Positions 52,989-64,000 of a stretch of 64,000 bases of DNA are shown in pieces (positions within the stretch are counted from its first letter, which is position 1; every line of letters begins with the position of its first letter). The notes under the pieces are model-generated. The model was not told where the DNA came from. It ran no database searches and saw nothing but the letters and a program-made list of their open reading frames with translations. The stretch spans positions 3,658,001-3,722,000 of the forward strand of contig CM120647.1 in assembly GCA_051362555.1 (NCBI GenBank). The letters run 5' to 3'. The position numbers and the translations under genes were made by a program. This DNA comes from Lingula anatina. Lineage: Eukaryota; Animalia; Brachiopoda.

Positions 52989-54033
52989 GGGGAAAGTACA
53001 TGTACATACAGCGTTCGCTCTCACTCTCAACGTTTAGCATACTTCTTGGTTTTTAAACTAGAACATTTCATCTATCAGTTGCATAGTAGAGTTTGAATGC
53101 TGTGCTTGGTACTTTTACTTCAAAGTCTAAATATTCTCCCCGGTGCGTTTTCATTACCCGGGGGGAGGAAGACCCACACTTTGTCAGCGTATATGATCAT
53201 ATGCCGTGAACACTTTAATTTTCCCTACAAAGCTCGTCACATAGCTTTTAATCCATTACGTATAATGCCTCGCATCCATTGATTTTGGAAAGCATGGATG
53301 ATCAAATGCACGTACGCTTATATTTATTTCAAAGCATTGACACTCATGCTCATGACTCAAAATTGTGAAAGCTTTTTTGACGAGAGCTTTTGGTCATAAT
53401 TCATGGTCTTGATCCCTCTGGCGTGTGATGCTGAGTGACGTAAATGCATGGCGGAGAGAAGAGAAGTTTTGCCCCCTGTCTGGCTGTTGTGACAGATGAT
53501 GTAGTTATATATGTGTTTGTGATCGATAGTTAATACCCTCCCAGCCCCTATTTTAATAGATCACTGTTTCAGAAAAGAATATCGACACTGGGTACTTTTA
53601 GTTGAGGGGCTCTATGGTTTTTTTTAGATCTGAATCGGAGAGGATTTGTATCTTTGAAGGATATGCATGCAAACAAAGACGATACAACTTTGGCTTTTTT
53701 ATCAAAGGCGCACAGTATACCTATGCGTTCGCCTCACTAGATGATTAGATGATAGAAAGAAACCTAAACATGTGGGTCGAATGTGTGCCCCAGATGTCCG
53801 AACTTTTTGGTGCCTAAAAATATCAATGTTCTACCTGTGGAATATTCCTCCTCTCTCTGCTGATCTTTGCAGAGAACCTGAAAAAGCGAAATGTAAATTT
53901 TGAAGCTGTTATAACCATTCGCTCTAATTCGTGTTGATTGGTGTCCGCTATTTAACTTGTTTCTCAGTCGGGGTCACTTACGCTAAGTCAGTTAGAATTC
54001 AGACACGGCTTGCCATTGAAATACTAGTTTACC

Positions 54034-54150
54034 TGGCCCCAGTTTCAAAAAAAAAAAAAAAAAAAAGAAAATCTTTGTTACGAACTTTACGTGGACACAT
54101 GCACACATCCTAGTAAATTAAGAAATTAAGATTCTTTGTGAAACGAAGGC
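54034..54150. mobile_element. Possible decayed Harbinger-like MITE
   Basis: ggccccagtttcaaaaa at the left versus tttgtgaaacgaaggc at the right. Confidence 0.35.
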
Positions 54151-54404
54151 GTGCTAATATAGGGTCGTGATGCTACACGGTATGTACGTTGATCACCTCG
54201 AGTTTCAGATTTTTTGGCTAGAATCCACCCTCTTTATCTTCGATCTGCATTTTCAGTGAAATAATTAAGCATAGGCCTACACGCGCTTTAGATCGACTTC
54301 AAAGTTAATTATTTTTTTCCAAAAGGTGACTATACGTAGACAATTAAAACAATTGCTTTTTTGTCTTAATAATAAATGTCTTGCACATAAATCAGATAAA
54401 GCAC

Positions 54405-54945
54405 ATCTTCCCCCACCTCATGTTCTTCTCTTCCTCCTCCTCTCATGCTAAATCCTTCTCATGCTTCCTCCTTCTCCTCCCTCTCATGGTCCTCCTCCTC
54501 CTCATCTTCCCCCACCCTCTCCTCCTCTTATTCTCATGTCCCTCCTCCTCCTCCTCCTCCCCCCACCACCCCTCCTCCTCTTATCCTCATGCCCCTCCTC
54601 CCCCTCCTCATGTTCCTTCTCCTCCTCATGCTCCTCCCCCTCCTCCACATGGTCCTCCACCACAGGCCCCCCTTCCTCTTCATGGTCCTCCCCCTTTCCT
54701 CCGCATGACCTTCCTCCCCATGCTCATCCTCCTCCTCCACCTGCTCATGGCCCTCCTCCTCCTTCTCCTCCTCTTCCCCCTCCCCCCTCTTATCCTCATG
54801 CTCTTCATGATCCTCCTCATGCCCCTCGTCTTCCTTCTCCCTTCTCCTCTTTTTCCCCATGCTCCTCCATCACATGGTCCTCCTCCTCCTCGTCCTCTTC
54901 ATAGTCCTCCTCCTTTCTTCTTCATGACCATCCTCCTCATGCTCC
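54405..54945. repeat. Degenerate (CCT)n tract with recurring CTCATG
   Basis: About 530 bp of cctcct units punctuated by catg; it produces the Pro/Leu/Ser/Glu-rich pseudo-ORFs in the track. Confidence 0.92.
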
Positions 54946-55125
54946 TCGAGTGCCATGCCGACTGGCGTAGACTGCTCAGCTCCTCCGTCCTCCTCTATCC
55001 TCAACCAGCCTCACCAGCTCTGGACCAATCTGTATCATGCTGTGTGGCTGCCCGGTATTTTCATCTCCCGGTCTCTCTCTGTTGATTTTGATATCACTCC
55101 TTCAAAGGTTAATACTATGTCGAAA
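54946..55125 (-). mobile_element. Decayed RTE (BovB-like) LINE 3' end
   Basis: The minus strand reads LTFEGVISKSTERDR and, after a frameshift, ELVRLVEDRGGRRS*AVYASRHGT. This resembles the RTE ORF end EG.I.GKR.RGR...L.R.A.DR..WR....A..HGT. The GAG-rich tract follows directly. Confidence 0.65.
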
Positions 55126-56256
55126 TGTCACCCCACCTGAGATTAGTCTCGATGGTTTTACCCCCAGGTAACTTAAGAGTGCATCCAGTCTGTACATGAT
55201 CCTGGAGTATTCCCCAGAAAACAAAAATCATGTAACCTTAGATGTCTGAGATCGAATCGGGATCAACGAGATGTATCCATTATGAATAAACGCGGTGGTA
55301 AAACAGCGCTTAAGGCGTGCGGTATGGTTGGAATCAATGCTTGTGAAACCTAACATGTTGTGTGTGTGTGTGTGTGCGCGTGTGCGCGTGCGCGCTGGGT
55401 GGGTGGTGGTGGGGGGAAGATACAGAACGCGGACAATCGGAGACGAGAAGTAGCAAGCCTAAATCCTCCACCGTCCTATGTTGAATTCACCAGTGATATA
55501 CTAACTGTGCGTGGTACGAAACTGAGATGCTACGTACCTATACCGATAGATGCTTGCAGTTAAACGTGTTAGATAGATAAACCAAAGTACCTCGTTACGA
55601 TGAAAAACATATAAACGATATATGTACTCGGTATATTATGTAATGTAACTTGGTTGTATGGAAGGGTGAATTTACAGCAAAATGCATGTACGTTCACTCT
55701 CAACGCTTATTCAGTATTTTTTAGCATATGGAGAAATGCGGTTTATCTTTGGCCACATTTCCAATGAAGTTACAACAGATTATCTTAGCACTTCGATCTT
55801 TTGGTAATAGGCCTATTCCTATGCCAGCTAGTCATGCTTACCAGACTGCCATTCAGTTTCCAGGCATTATTGTAACTGAGATAGCTTTTTTGTCTTAACA
55901 TGGTCTTTCCATGATTAGAAATAGATACGGTTCGGTTGGCGCTTATAGTTCTTACTAAATAAGGCAATTTAGGACTGGATGGAACATATGGCATTAGGAA
56001 ATGTTTGGCTCTGGAACGATTTAAACAACGGCTCAGACGTGATCAATAATTGGACGTCCTTGTAAATGACTTTTCTGACTAACGTCGACACTTTTAAAGC
56101 TTGACTGGGCCAAGAATCGCTCACTAGTGGTGATGTTATTAAATCATCCCTAACATTAAAGCCTGTCCAGCGTCTCAATTAACACCTGACCCAGTCTCAC
56201 GGTTGATAAACTGAGAGATTATCGCGTTAGGGACGGGGTGTGTGTTTAGTTTAACA

Positions 56257-56480
56257 ACCCATTTCCATAGATTTTTAGATCGATCTATCCCTGTGGGGAG
56301 TCTCACTAGATTACTGTCAGCTTGGCCGGCTTAAGCGTCTGTCCCGCCTACTAAAAGCTGTAAGGGGGTAATTAACTATGGTGCCCGCTCGGCTGACTGC
56401 AATTTAGCGTGAACCCCCAGGGAGTCAGGTCGATCTAAATCTTAATCTTTAGATCGATCTAAATCTCTGGGAAAGCACCC
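56257..56480. mobile_element. Diverged relative of MITE family C
   Basis: cccatttcca...tagatcgatct...ctgtgggga...gtcagc mirrored by gctgactgca...cccccaggga...gatcgatctaaatctctgggaaa, ending ccc|taa. Confidence 0.6.
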
Positions 56481-56566
56481 TAAGTCCACGGATCTGATAA
56501 TTGCTTTTGCTTGACTGACGCTAATCTGTCAACCCACTTTCAAGTGGAATGCATTAATTTACGACG

Positions 56567-56737
56567 CCAGTGTGTCAGGAATGGTAGTCCTAGGAATGGA
56601 AGCCCGGACTCCCTTATGATTAGTACAGGTTAGGGTTAGTTGGAGTATTGGGGTTAATATATGGGACGAATGTCACCTGTACAAAGTAATGGGGAACGGA
56701 CTACGGTTCCTGCAGACTACCATTCCTGTCACACCTG
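56567..56737 (+). mobile_element. Family B, copy 5
   Basis: gtgtgtcaggaatggtagtcctaggaatggaag...caggttagggttagttggagtattgggg...gactaccattcctgtcacac. Confidence 0.92.
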
Positions 56738-57320
56738 AATAAAAAAAGAAGATTCATGAGGTTTTATGTTCTCGTTTAGTCCTTTTAACACTGTTGGTGA
56801 AGTCATTCCTTTAGCAGGGTTTCCGGTTTATTGCTGTTTATGTGTGTTCGCATGGACAACTCTGTGGGTGTGTTGTGCATGTTGTGCTGCACGTTTCTTT
56901 ATTGTTGGAAGTTGTGTCTGGTCGAAACGTTTTTGTCATTTGTAATCTTTGTTGTAAAGATGATCATTGCAACGCTTACCCAGCTCCCTACTTTGATGTG
57001 AAATAATAATTTAAAAATTCATTTATTAACAAAGTGTTTTAGCCTTGACCTTAATAACTCAGCTAGGTTTCATTTGATTTTAGAATATTTCCATCAGAAG
57101 GTCAATTATGAAACTGCATTCAGTTTTATCGTTTCTTAATAATAAGGTCATCAGTCTTCATATATAACATGTGGAACCCATCGGAGTATGTGGTTTGTAC
57201 CCTCTACCAAGAAGTTATAACTCCTTGCCTCTACTAGCGCCACAGATTAACTTTCACTAGATATTCTCAGATGTGTTTCGGTCAAATTCATGACACACTT
57301 CTTTGTTGTTCCGCGTAACA

Positions 57321-57858
57321 GAAAAGTGCACAAAATTAGCTAGAGGAAATTGCACATAATTAGATAGAGAAAAATGCACATAGTTTGCTAGATAAAAATG
57401 CACATGATTAGCTAGAGAAAAATGCACATGGTTAGCTAGAGAAAAAATGAACAAAATTGGCTAGAGAAAATGCACATAATTAGATAGAGAAAAATGCACA
57501 TAGTTAGCTAGATAAAAATGCACATGATTAGCTAGAGAAAAATGCACATGATTAGCTAGAGAAAAAAAATGCACAAAATTGGCTAGAGAAAAATGCACAT
57601 GATTAGCTAGAGAAAAATGCACATGATTAGCTAGAGAAAAATGCACATGATTAGCTAGAGAAAAATGCACATGGTTAGCTAGAGAAAAAATTGCACAAAA
57701 TTGGCTAGAGAAAAATGCACATAATTAGATAGAGAAAAATGCACATAGTTAGCTAGATAAAAATGCACGTGATTAGCTAGAGAAAAAAGCACATGATTAC
57801 CTAGATAAAAATGCACATAATTGGCGAGATATAAAGTGCGCATAATTAGCTAGAGAAA
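57321..57858. repeat. 24-bp minisatellite, about 22 units
   Basis: Consensus gctagagaaaaatgcacatgatta with patterned variants. Confidence 0.96.
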
Positions 57859-60397
57859 CATCCGTGAACATATAATGTAGAATGAATCTGTGGCTATGAC
57901 AGAAGGCAATGAAGTATTGGGTATATGTAACTGTTGATGCGCTTTGGATCAGTGTCGCTGCCAGTGGATCAAGGGATTTTCTTTTAAATAAGTGTCGTGA
58001 GTGCACAGGGATAACGTTTTCCCCTCGCTTCGCTTCACACATATGCATACGATTAATTCAGTATGAATACTTATTACACGTTATGTTTTTTCTTTTTCGA
58101 GGACAATTCTTCACGGAGTATAAAATCTATACGTACAGAATATTTGCGTTGTAATGTTTGATATGCGCCGCTGGTTTTTTCATTAAGAACCTTTGTTATC
58201 TATATGAACAGCGGCCCGTCCTTTACATTCTGCTGCTTGCAGAAAGACTTTGGTCTCATCTCTCGTTAAATAATGCCGCATTATCTTCATAATTAACTGA
58301 ATGATATAATACCTTGGCATAAAATACAATTCTTGGAAGGCAAAAGAGAGAGGAATGAACCCAAGAAGATAAATGGCGAAATGAAAGGGTTATGGATAGG
58401 TTTTTTTTCTGAAGAGATCATCTATATAAGTGCCTTTATTCTTGGAAAACCATTGACGGCATTCATTAGATTACCCGCATACGGCTTTTCAATTTTACAA
58501 AAATAATGATTTTGGAACGCTCATTACCTTTGCTATAAGTGTGACTGATATTTAGTAGCCTGTAACTCGGAGATACTGGAAGTGTGCAATCCATGTCTTA
58601 GTATAAGGGCACAAAAATCACCTCATAGGTAAACGCATGCGTAGAGATGACGTAAGAGATGACGTAAGAGATTCAGATGACGTAAGAGCAGAAATGGTGC
58701 TCTTGCAGCTTGCATGCTGTCTGCAGCCCAGTTTGGACAATATTTTCAAATTCGCTTGGTAACTGTTTTCATAAATCCCTTTACATACTTTGCATAGTTT
58801 TAATCTCCCTGTTGTGCATTTGCTAACAATTAAGTTACTCTGTGGGATATATTCCTGCACTTTCGGATTGGGATACTCGGTACAAAAGGAAACAAAAATA
58901 TATCAGGCTGTTGGAGCGCATGATTTGCACTTGTCTTCAATATAAACGGGGTTGCATTTCTTCGATGCAATCGTTTTACGTAAATAAACGCACAGTGTCA
59001 CTTTAAGCAAACCAAACATCTGGTAACGTCACTTAGATTAGTACTGGTTTAACTTAGGCCTGCTGATAACTTGACCTTGACAATGCACGCTGTATTAATA
59101 TCACGCACAGCGGGATGCAGATTTTTCCCTGTTCAAGGATTTGAATTGATCGATTGGGTTTGTCATGTGCCCCTTGCCTCTTGTTGAAGATAAAGGCGAC
59201 TTTTTATTGGGAAAAAATGACCGATAAATCTGATTTGCAATTGGTGGCAGTTTCTAAACTCTTCACTTAATTCCTGGTGACAACTTAACATTTAAGGCTG
59301 ATCCCTTATAATCTATAGTCTAGGTGGGTTATTAAAAATAAATTCCTTTCGATTCGAAAATTGACATCTTGGCATGGTCGAAATAATCCCCCCAAGCAAT
59401 GGCATTATTTTTCGATTTATCAGTATGCTGATGCTTTTTTATTACAAATGTAAACTGCATTGCGCAACTGTCATCTCAAGATTCGCTGTGTAACTAGTAT
59501 ATAAATCGCCACTCTAGCCAGTAAATGCGTGTATTGATATGTCTTTTATAGAGAGATCATTTTATATTGGAACGCTGCATTATCCTATCATCCAATTATA
59601 AAAAATGACAAGTCTTTCGAGTCGTTATTTTTGCTCAGGAAGCAAAGACGTTTGTTTCTTCAAGTGACAGTCGTCAAATCGATCAGCCGTATTATCAGCT
59701 GATTTCTTATTAAGTATTTGAACTTCCTCTGTAGCGCCGAGATTGATCCCCTTTTAACACTCGTTTTGGTCATAACCGATCTTCGTTCCGTCACTCGATA
59801 TATCTATATTTAAACAACATTTTCAACAACCGATTATGTAACTTTTTTTACGTAATTATATTTCATATCGCCATAGGGTGTGCTATTGGCATTTTGGAAA
59901 TTTGTTTCGGTCACCTTTAGGGTTGCATTTCATTACAGACCCATTTAATGAAAGGGGACGCGATTCGCTTAGACAGAGCTCAAAGTGCGCGTTATCTCTG
60001 AGTCCTTGCCCCTTATTAAAGGTTAAGAAATTCAATATATTTTCTTCGCCATGGGACGTCGCTTGATCGATGGCGTTGCCATAAGTTATAAAATTTCTTG
60101 CTCGGTATTGGAATTTGCCTTGTATTGCTGGCGGTGGTTTTTCATTTCAAGCAGGGCCCAGATAATACGTCGTTATGTTTGTAAATTGATAGGGTTATTA
60201 GTTTGAGTGAGTGGTGGCAGGGACGATGATGCTGAGTTTGCGTGTGTGAGTGAGTAATTGCTTCTGTCTGTTTTTTATTCCTGTCATTCGATATGAATGC
60301 TGTTTTCTATCCGTGTGTGTTGACTTTTGTGTGCTTAGATGTGTGTGTTTGTGTGCGTGTAATTGTATATGTTAATGTGGGCTTTCATGCGTGCGTG

Positions 60398-60466
60398 CTC
60401 TCTTTTTCTTTCTCTGTCTCTCTCGCGCGTTTTGTTCTCTCTCTCTCTCTCGCGCGCGTGTTTTGT

Positions 60467-60559
<93 letters not shown>
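60398..60559. repeat. Compound (TC)n(TG)n(AG)n microsatellite
   Basis: Visible directly. Confidence 0.95.
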
Positions 60560-60563
<4 letters not shown>

Positions 60564-61013
60564 ACGGTACATGGACACCTAGCGATTGCGTTCCTATAGA
60601 TTCGGGTACCGAACACTAGAAACGCATTGCACAACTTACTGGTACATAAAATGAATACAAATGAAATAGATATAAAATACACAGAACTGATGGCTAAACA
60701 AAATTCTGCTTAAATTGATATCAGAATGTCAAAAAATGTTCCCGTGAATTCGATAAATTAAAGTAGCAGGCTTTGCGAAAATATACATGCGTGCGTGCGT
60801 GTACGTGTGTGTGCATTTCTGCGTGCACCGATCGAAGGTCAGTGTACGCCTACGTTCACCCAAACATGACCCCTCAATTGTGCATGCGAATGATCGAATC
60901 AGTCTCTGTACTAATAAACCTTTCACCTATCATGATATAGAGCGAGTGTCTGTATGTGAAAGAGAGAGATAACTTAGGTACTTAGGTGATCGTGCGCAAA
61001 CGTTAGCCCACGT

Positions 61014-61181
61014 CAGGGACGGATCTAGAGATATTTTCTGACGGTCTTCCAAATTATCTTTGTTGATCCATCCTCAATTTTGGCTGTCTTCCGACAGAAA
61101 AAAATTAGATACCCGCCAATATAAACTTGAAAATCTGACCATCTTCCGGAAGACCCAGAAGACGTCCTCAACCCGCCCCTG
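61014..61181. mobile_element. CAG-ended MITE with a 5-bp target duplication
   Basis: cagggacgg ... ccgcccctg termini flanked by cacgt (61009-13) and cacgt (61182-86). Confidence 0.72.
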
Positions 61182-61972
61182 CACGTGTGCATGCGGATGA
61201 TCGAGTCAATCTCTGTACTCATTAACCTGTCTCCTATGTGTACTGCATTGAATAAATCGCAGTGTAAAAGTCCCAGTTATCTTCACAAGAAATGGTCCTC
61301 CGGGACCGGGTCGATGCTGTACGTTAATCAGCTTGGGTGGGTGGTAGCAATTATAGATGGAAGTATTAGGATTATCATGTGAACCGGCTGTGTGATTAGA
61401 GAACGTCCAACAGCAATGTTGATTAAACATCGGCATTTATCACGTGCTTAAGGAGCTGCGTTTTTATATTTGATTGGTTCAGTTGCAGTCTGGTTGAAAA
61501 TATTTATCGATTTTAGACGAATATTATTATTATTATAATTATTATTATTATTATTTCATCAGTATTAAAGAAAGACAAACATATTCCTAAAGAAAATGGA
61601 ATCCGATTTTCGGTAAGAACTCATAGTAATGATACGACTCACATCTAGCGAGATTACAGCCAACATCAAGCAACGGTATGATGTGCCGCGGTATATTCCG
61701 CGTGCCTGGATATATAGAAACCCAGAACAAGCTGCATCGATTTGTATTCACCAAACTGGTATTTCAGAGTAACCCCCGAGATCTGGACCAAATCTGTGGA
61801 ACAGATTCTGCTGCTGGGTCGATAATGAGGGGGAGGGACGGCCTGGGGCTGGTAAACACAGGCAGGAGATGGGCAGACACCGTGGAATATTTTGTTTTGA
61901 TGATTTATTGTGTTGAACATGGGGCATGGGTGGGGCTATGGCAATAACCTCCCGGGGGTGTGGGGCGGGGGA

Positions 61973-62100
61973 GACAGATAGATAGATAGACAGATAGATA
62001 GACAGATAGATAGATACAGTTGGTAGGTAAATTGCAATTAAGTAGGTAGGAAGTAAGGTAGGTACACGTAGGTAGAAAAGTAGGCACATGTAGGTAGGGA
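61973..62100. repeat. (GATA/GACA)n and degenerate (AGGT)n repeats
   Basis: Visible directly. Confidence 0.85.
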
Positions 62101-63426
62101 GGAAAGACAGCCTTGGAATTTGGCACAACTTTCTCTGAAATATATTAACAGCGTTCACAAATAATTGTTTGTGGTATTTGACGATACGGGCACACCGAAA
62201 ATTATACCATGACCTTAAGATCGTTTGTTTTTACTCCAGATTGTTTAATGCTAAGTGTGAACCGTTTACTGCCGTTGTTTCTCACATTACTTGTTTCAAG
62301 AAGAATAACAACCTTATTTTGTCTTGATTTATTTTTCATTTTTTGTTTATTTTCCCAATAAAAAGGTCTGTTATGCAAAATACGCAGCTGGGAAGGTCAC
62401 GGTTCTCAACGTGCTAGAACCTTTTTGTAACTTGCTTCAAGCCAATGTGTTTTTTGAAATACCCAACAGTTTAGATCGTGTTTTTTTGCCTCCGTAAATA
62501 TGCGAACACCAACATTTTGCAGACATATGAAAATTTACTCAAGGCTGAAGCATTCCAGCGTAAAAACCATAGTAATTCCAAGCACCCATTGCCCTTTGAA
62601 TCACCCGTGAATCCTTCTAGAAGATTGCCCAACCACCCGCAATTTCTTTTATAGATTACGACTAAAACACGTGTTTTGTTGGAACGAATTAATTCATGGC
62701 TGGGAGTTTCCATATGTGTTTGTATCTATGCAATGTGTTTTTTGTGTTATCAGCTTCTCCGTCTCAACTTTTTTTCTTGTGAAGCACATGTCCATTTGTT
62801 TTATTACTGAAAAACAGACGTCTAAATCACAGACACAATTTATCGGGATTGAACATCCACATGGGGTAGGGGATTTTTAGGACCCGTTTCGAAGACTTGT
62901 GTCTCGTATACGTTCTCTGCCTCGTTTGACTTATTTTCAAGGTAACTAGATAAACGCGTGTTTATTTAGAATAATGTAACACCTGAAGTACGCTGGTTGC
63001 CTCCTTGGAATTGATTCTTCGCTGAGCTATATAATGCCGATTGTCTCAACGACTGATTTAATTTGAACGATTTGTTTTTATTTTTTATTTCTGCTACGCT
63101 GGGGATATTTTGTATTTCTTTTAACTAAAACCCGGATACATTATATACATTTGTTTGATCCAATTAAACTATTTTCCTAGTTATTTTTATGTTTCTTGTA
63201 TATTTTTTGATTATTCAATTGTATCTTGTTGCCCAATAAACAAGTGACCTTTAGTGTACTCTTTGGATGTGTACGCGCAGTGGTTATAGCAAGACATTTG
63301 GCTGCTTTATTTCCTATTGTTGAATTTGCTTTATCTGAAGAAAAAAGCTATAAATATTCTCATCCCATATCTCCAGCTGACTTTAAAACATTCACTGAAA
63401 TATTTTATACTGATATATTATCGTGT

Positions 63427-63592
63427 CCTGTGCCTGGAATGGTAGTCTAGGAACCGTAGTCCACTTCCCATTACTTTGTACAGGTGACATTCGTCCCATA
63501 TACTAACCCCAATACTCCAACCAAACCTAACCTGTACTAATCATATGAAAGCCCGGACTTCCATTCCTAGGACTTCCATTCCTGTTACACCG
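63427..63592 (-). mobile_element. Family B, copy 6
   Basis: ggaatggtagtctaggaaccgtagtcc...cctaacctgtactaatcatatg...ggacttccattcctgttacaccg. Confidence 0.92.
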
Positions 63593-64000
63593 ACCATATT
63601 TTTCATTTCTCTTTCAACCACACAAACTAAATATAAATGCTGCAGGCAGATAGGTATGATCTAGCAGTTCTATTGCTTACAGCCACAATTTACATTAGTT
63701 TATGTTTAATAGAACGTATTTGTCTCTTAAAGGTTTTATTCTAGCATTAACGCTTCTATTAATCTAGGTCTATTTCTTTTTTTTTATTAATTGCTTAGCT
63801 TACTGCGCAGTAGAGTGGTCCAATGTTCATCTTATTGCGTCGTGCCAAACAAACATATATATCTTACTACAAGGCTACAGCATGCCTAAATTGCCACATA
63901 TATCAATTTTTAAGATTATGAGATATCAAACCCGCTATTTATCTGAAATTGCAACCATAATTCTTACGATATTTGTTTATGTCAAAATCTGAGCAGCCCA

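Noticed and set aside
54381-55085. 234-aa Pro/Leu-rich ORF and overlapping ORFs resembling extensin or His-rich proteins
   Set aside because: Open in several frames only because the CCT tract lacks stops; no splice or domain support.
55311-55330. taaggcgtgcggt resembling miR-124 (and ttgcacttgtc near 58925 resembling miR-92)
   Set aside because: Seed or 3' mismatches and no flanking hairpin.
57321-57858. 24-bp array (and the 52-bp array at 30547) as a CRISPR array or repeat protein
   Set aside because: Head-to-tail units with no unique spacers, no cas genes, and a eukaryotic context.

Overview
AT-rich, repeat-rich animal genomic DNA, probably from a marine invertebrate, though the taxon cannot be fixed from this sequence. 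One protein-coding exon is clearly supported: the first coding exon of a KCNQ (Kv7) voltage-gated potassium channel on the + strand. It runs from ATG 33075 to a phase-2 GT|GTAAGT donor at 33706/33707, with a likely splice acceptor at 32964. The rest of the window looks like its upstream/5' intronic region and at least 30 kb of the following intron. That sequence is filled with non-autonomous DNA transposons (PIF/Harbinger-like MITEs with TWA duplications, CAG-ended MITEs with 5-bp duplications, a Kolobok-like element, one nested MITE, and a six-copy TIR family with a telomere-like core). It also holds decayed L2 and RTE LINE 3' ends, local duplications, and mini- and microsatellites. Nearly all other ORFs in the track look spurious. 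I found no solid evidence for a wholly new multi-gene system. The best leads are the uORF cluster with an in-frame single-TGA upstream start in the KCNQ leader, the telomere-motif TIR elements with no visible TSD, the RTE tail apparently expanded into a 530-bp CCT tract, and a perfect 50-bp palindrome.
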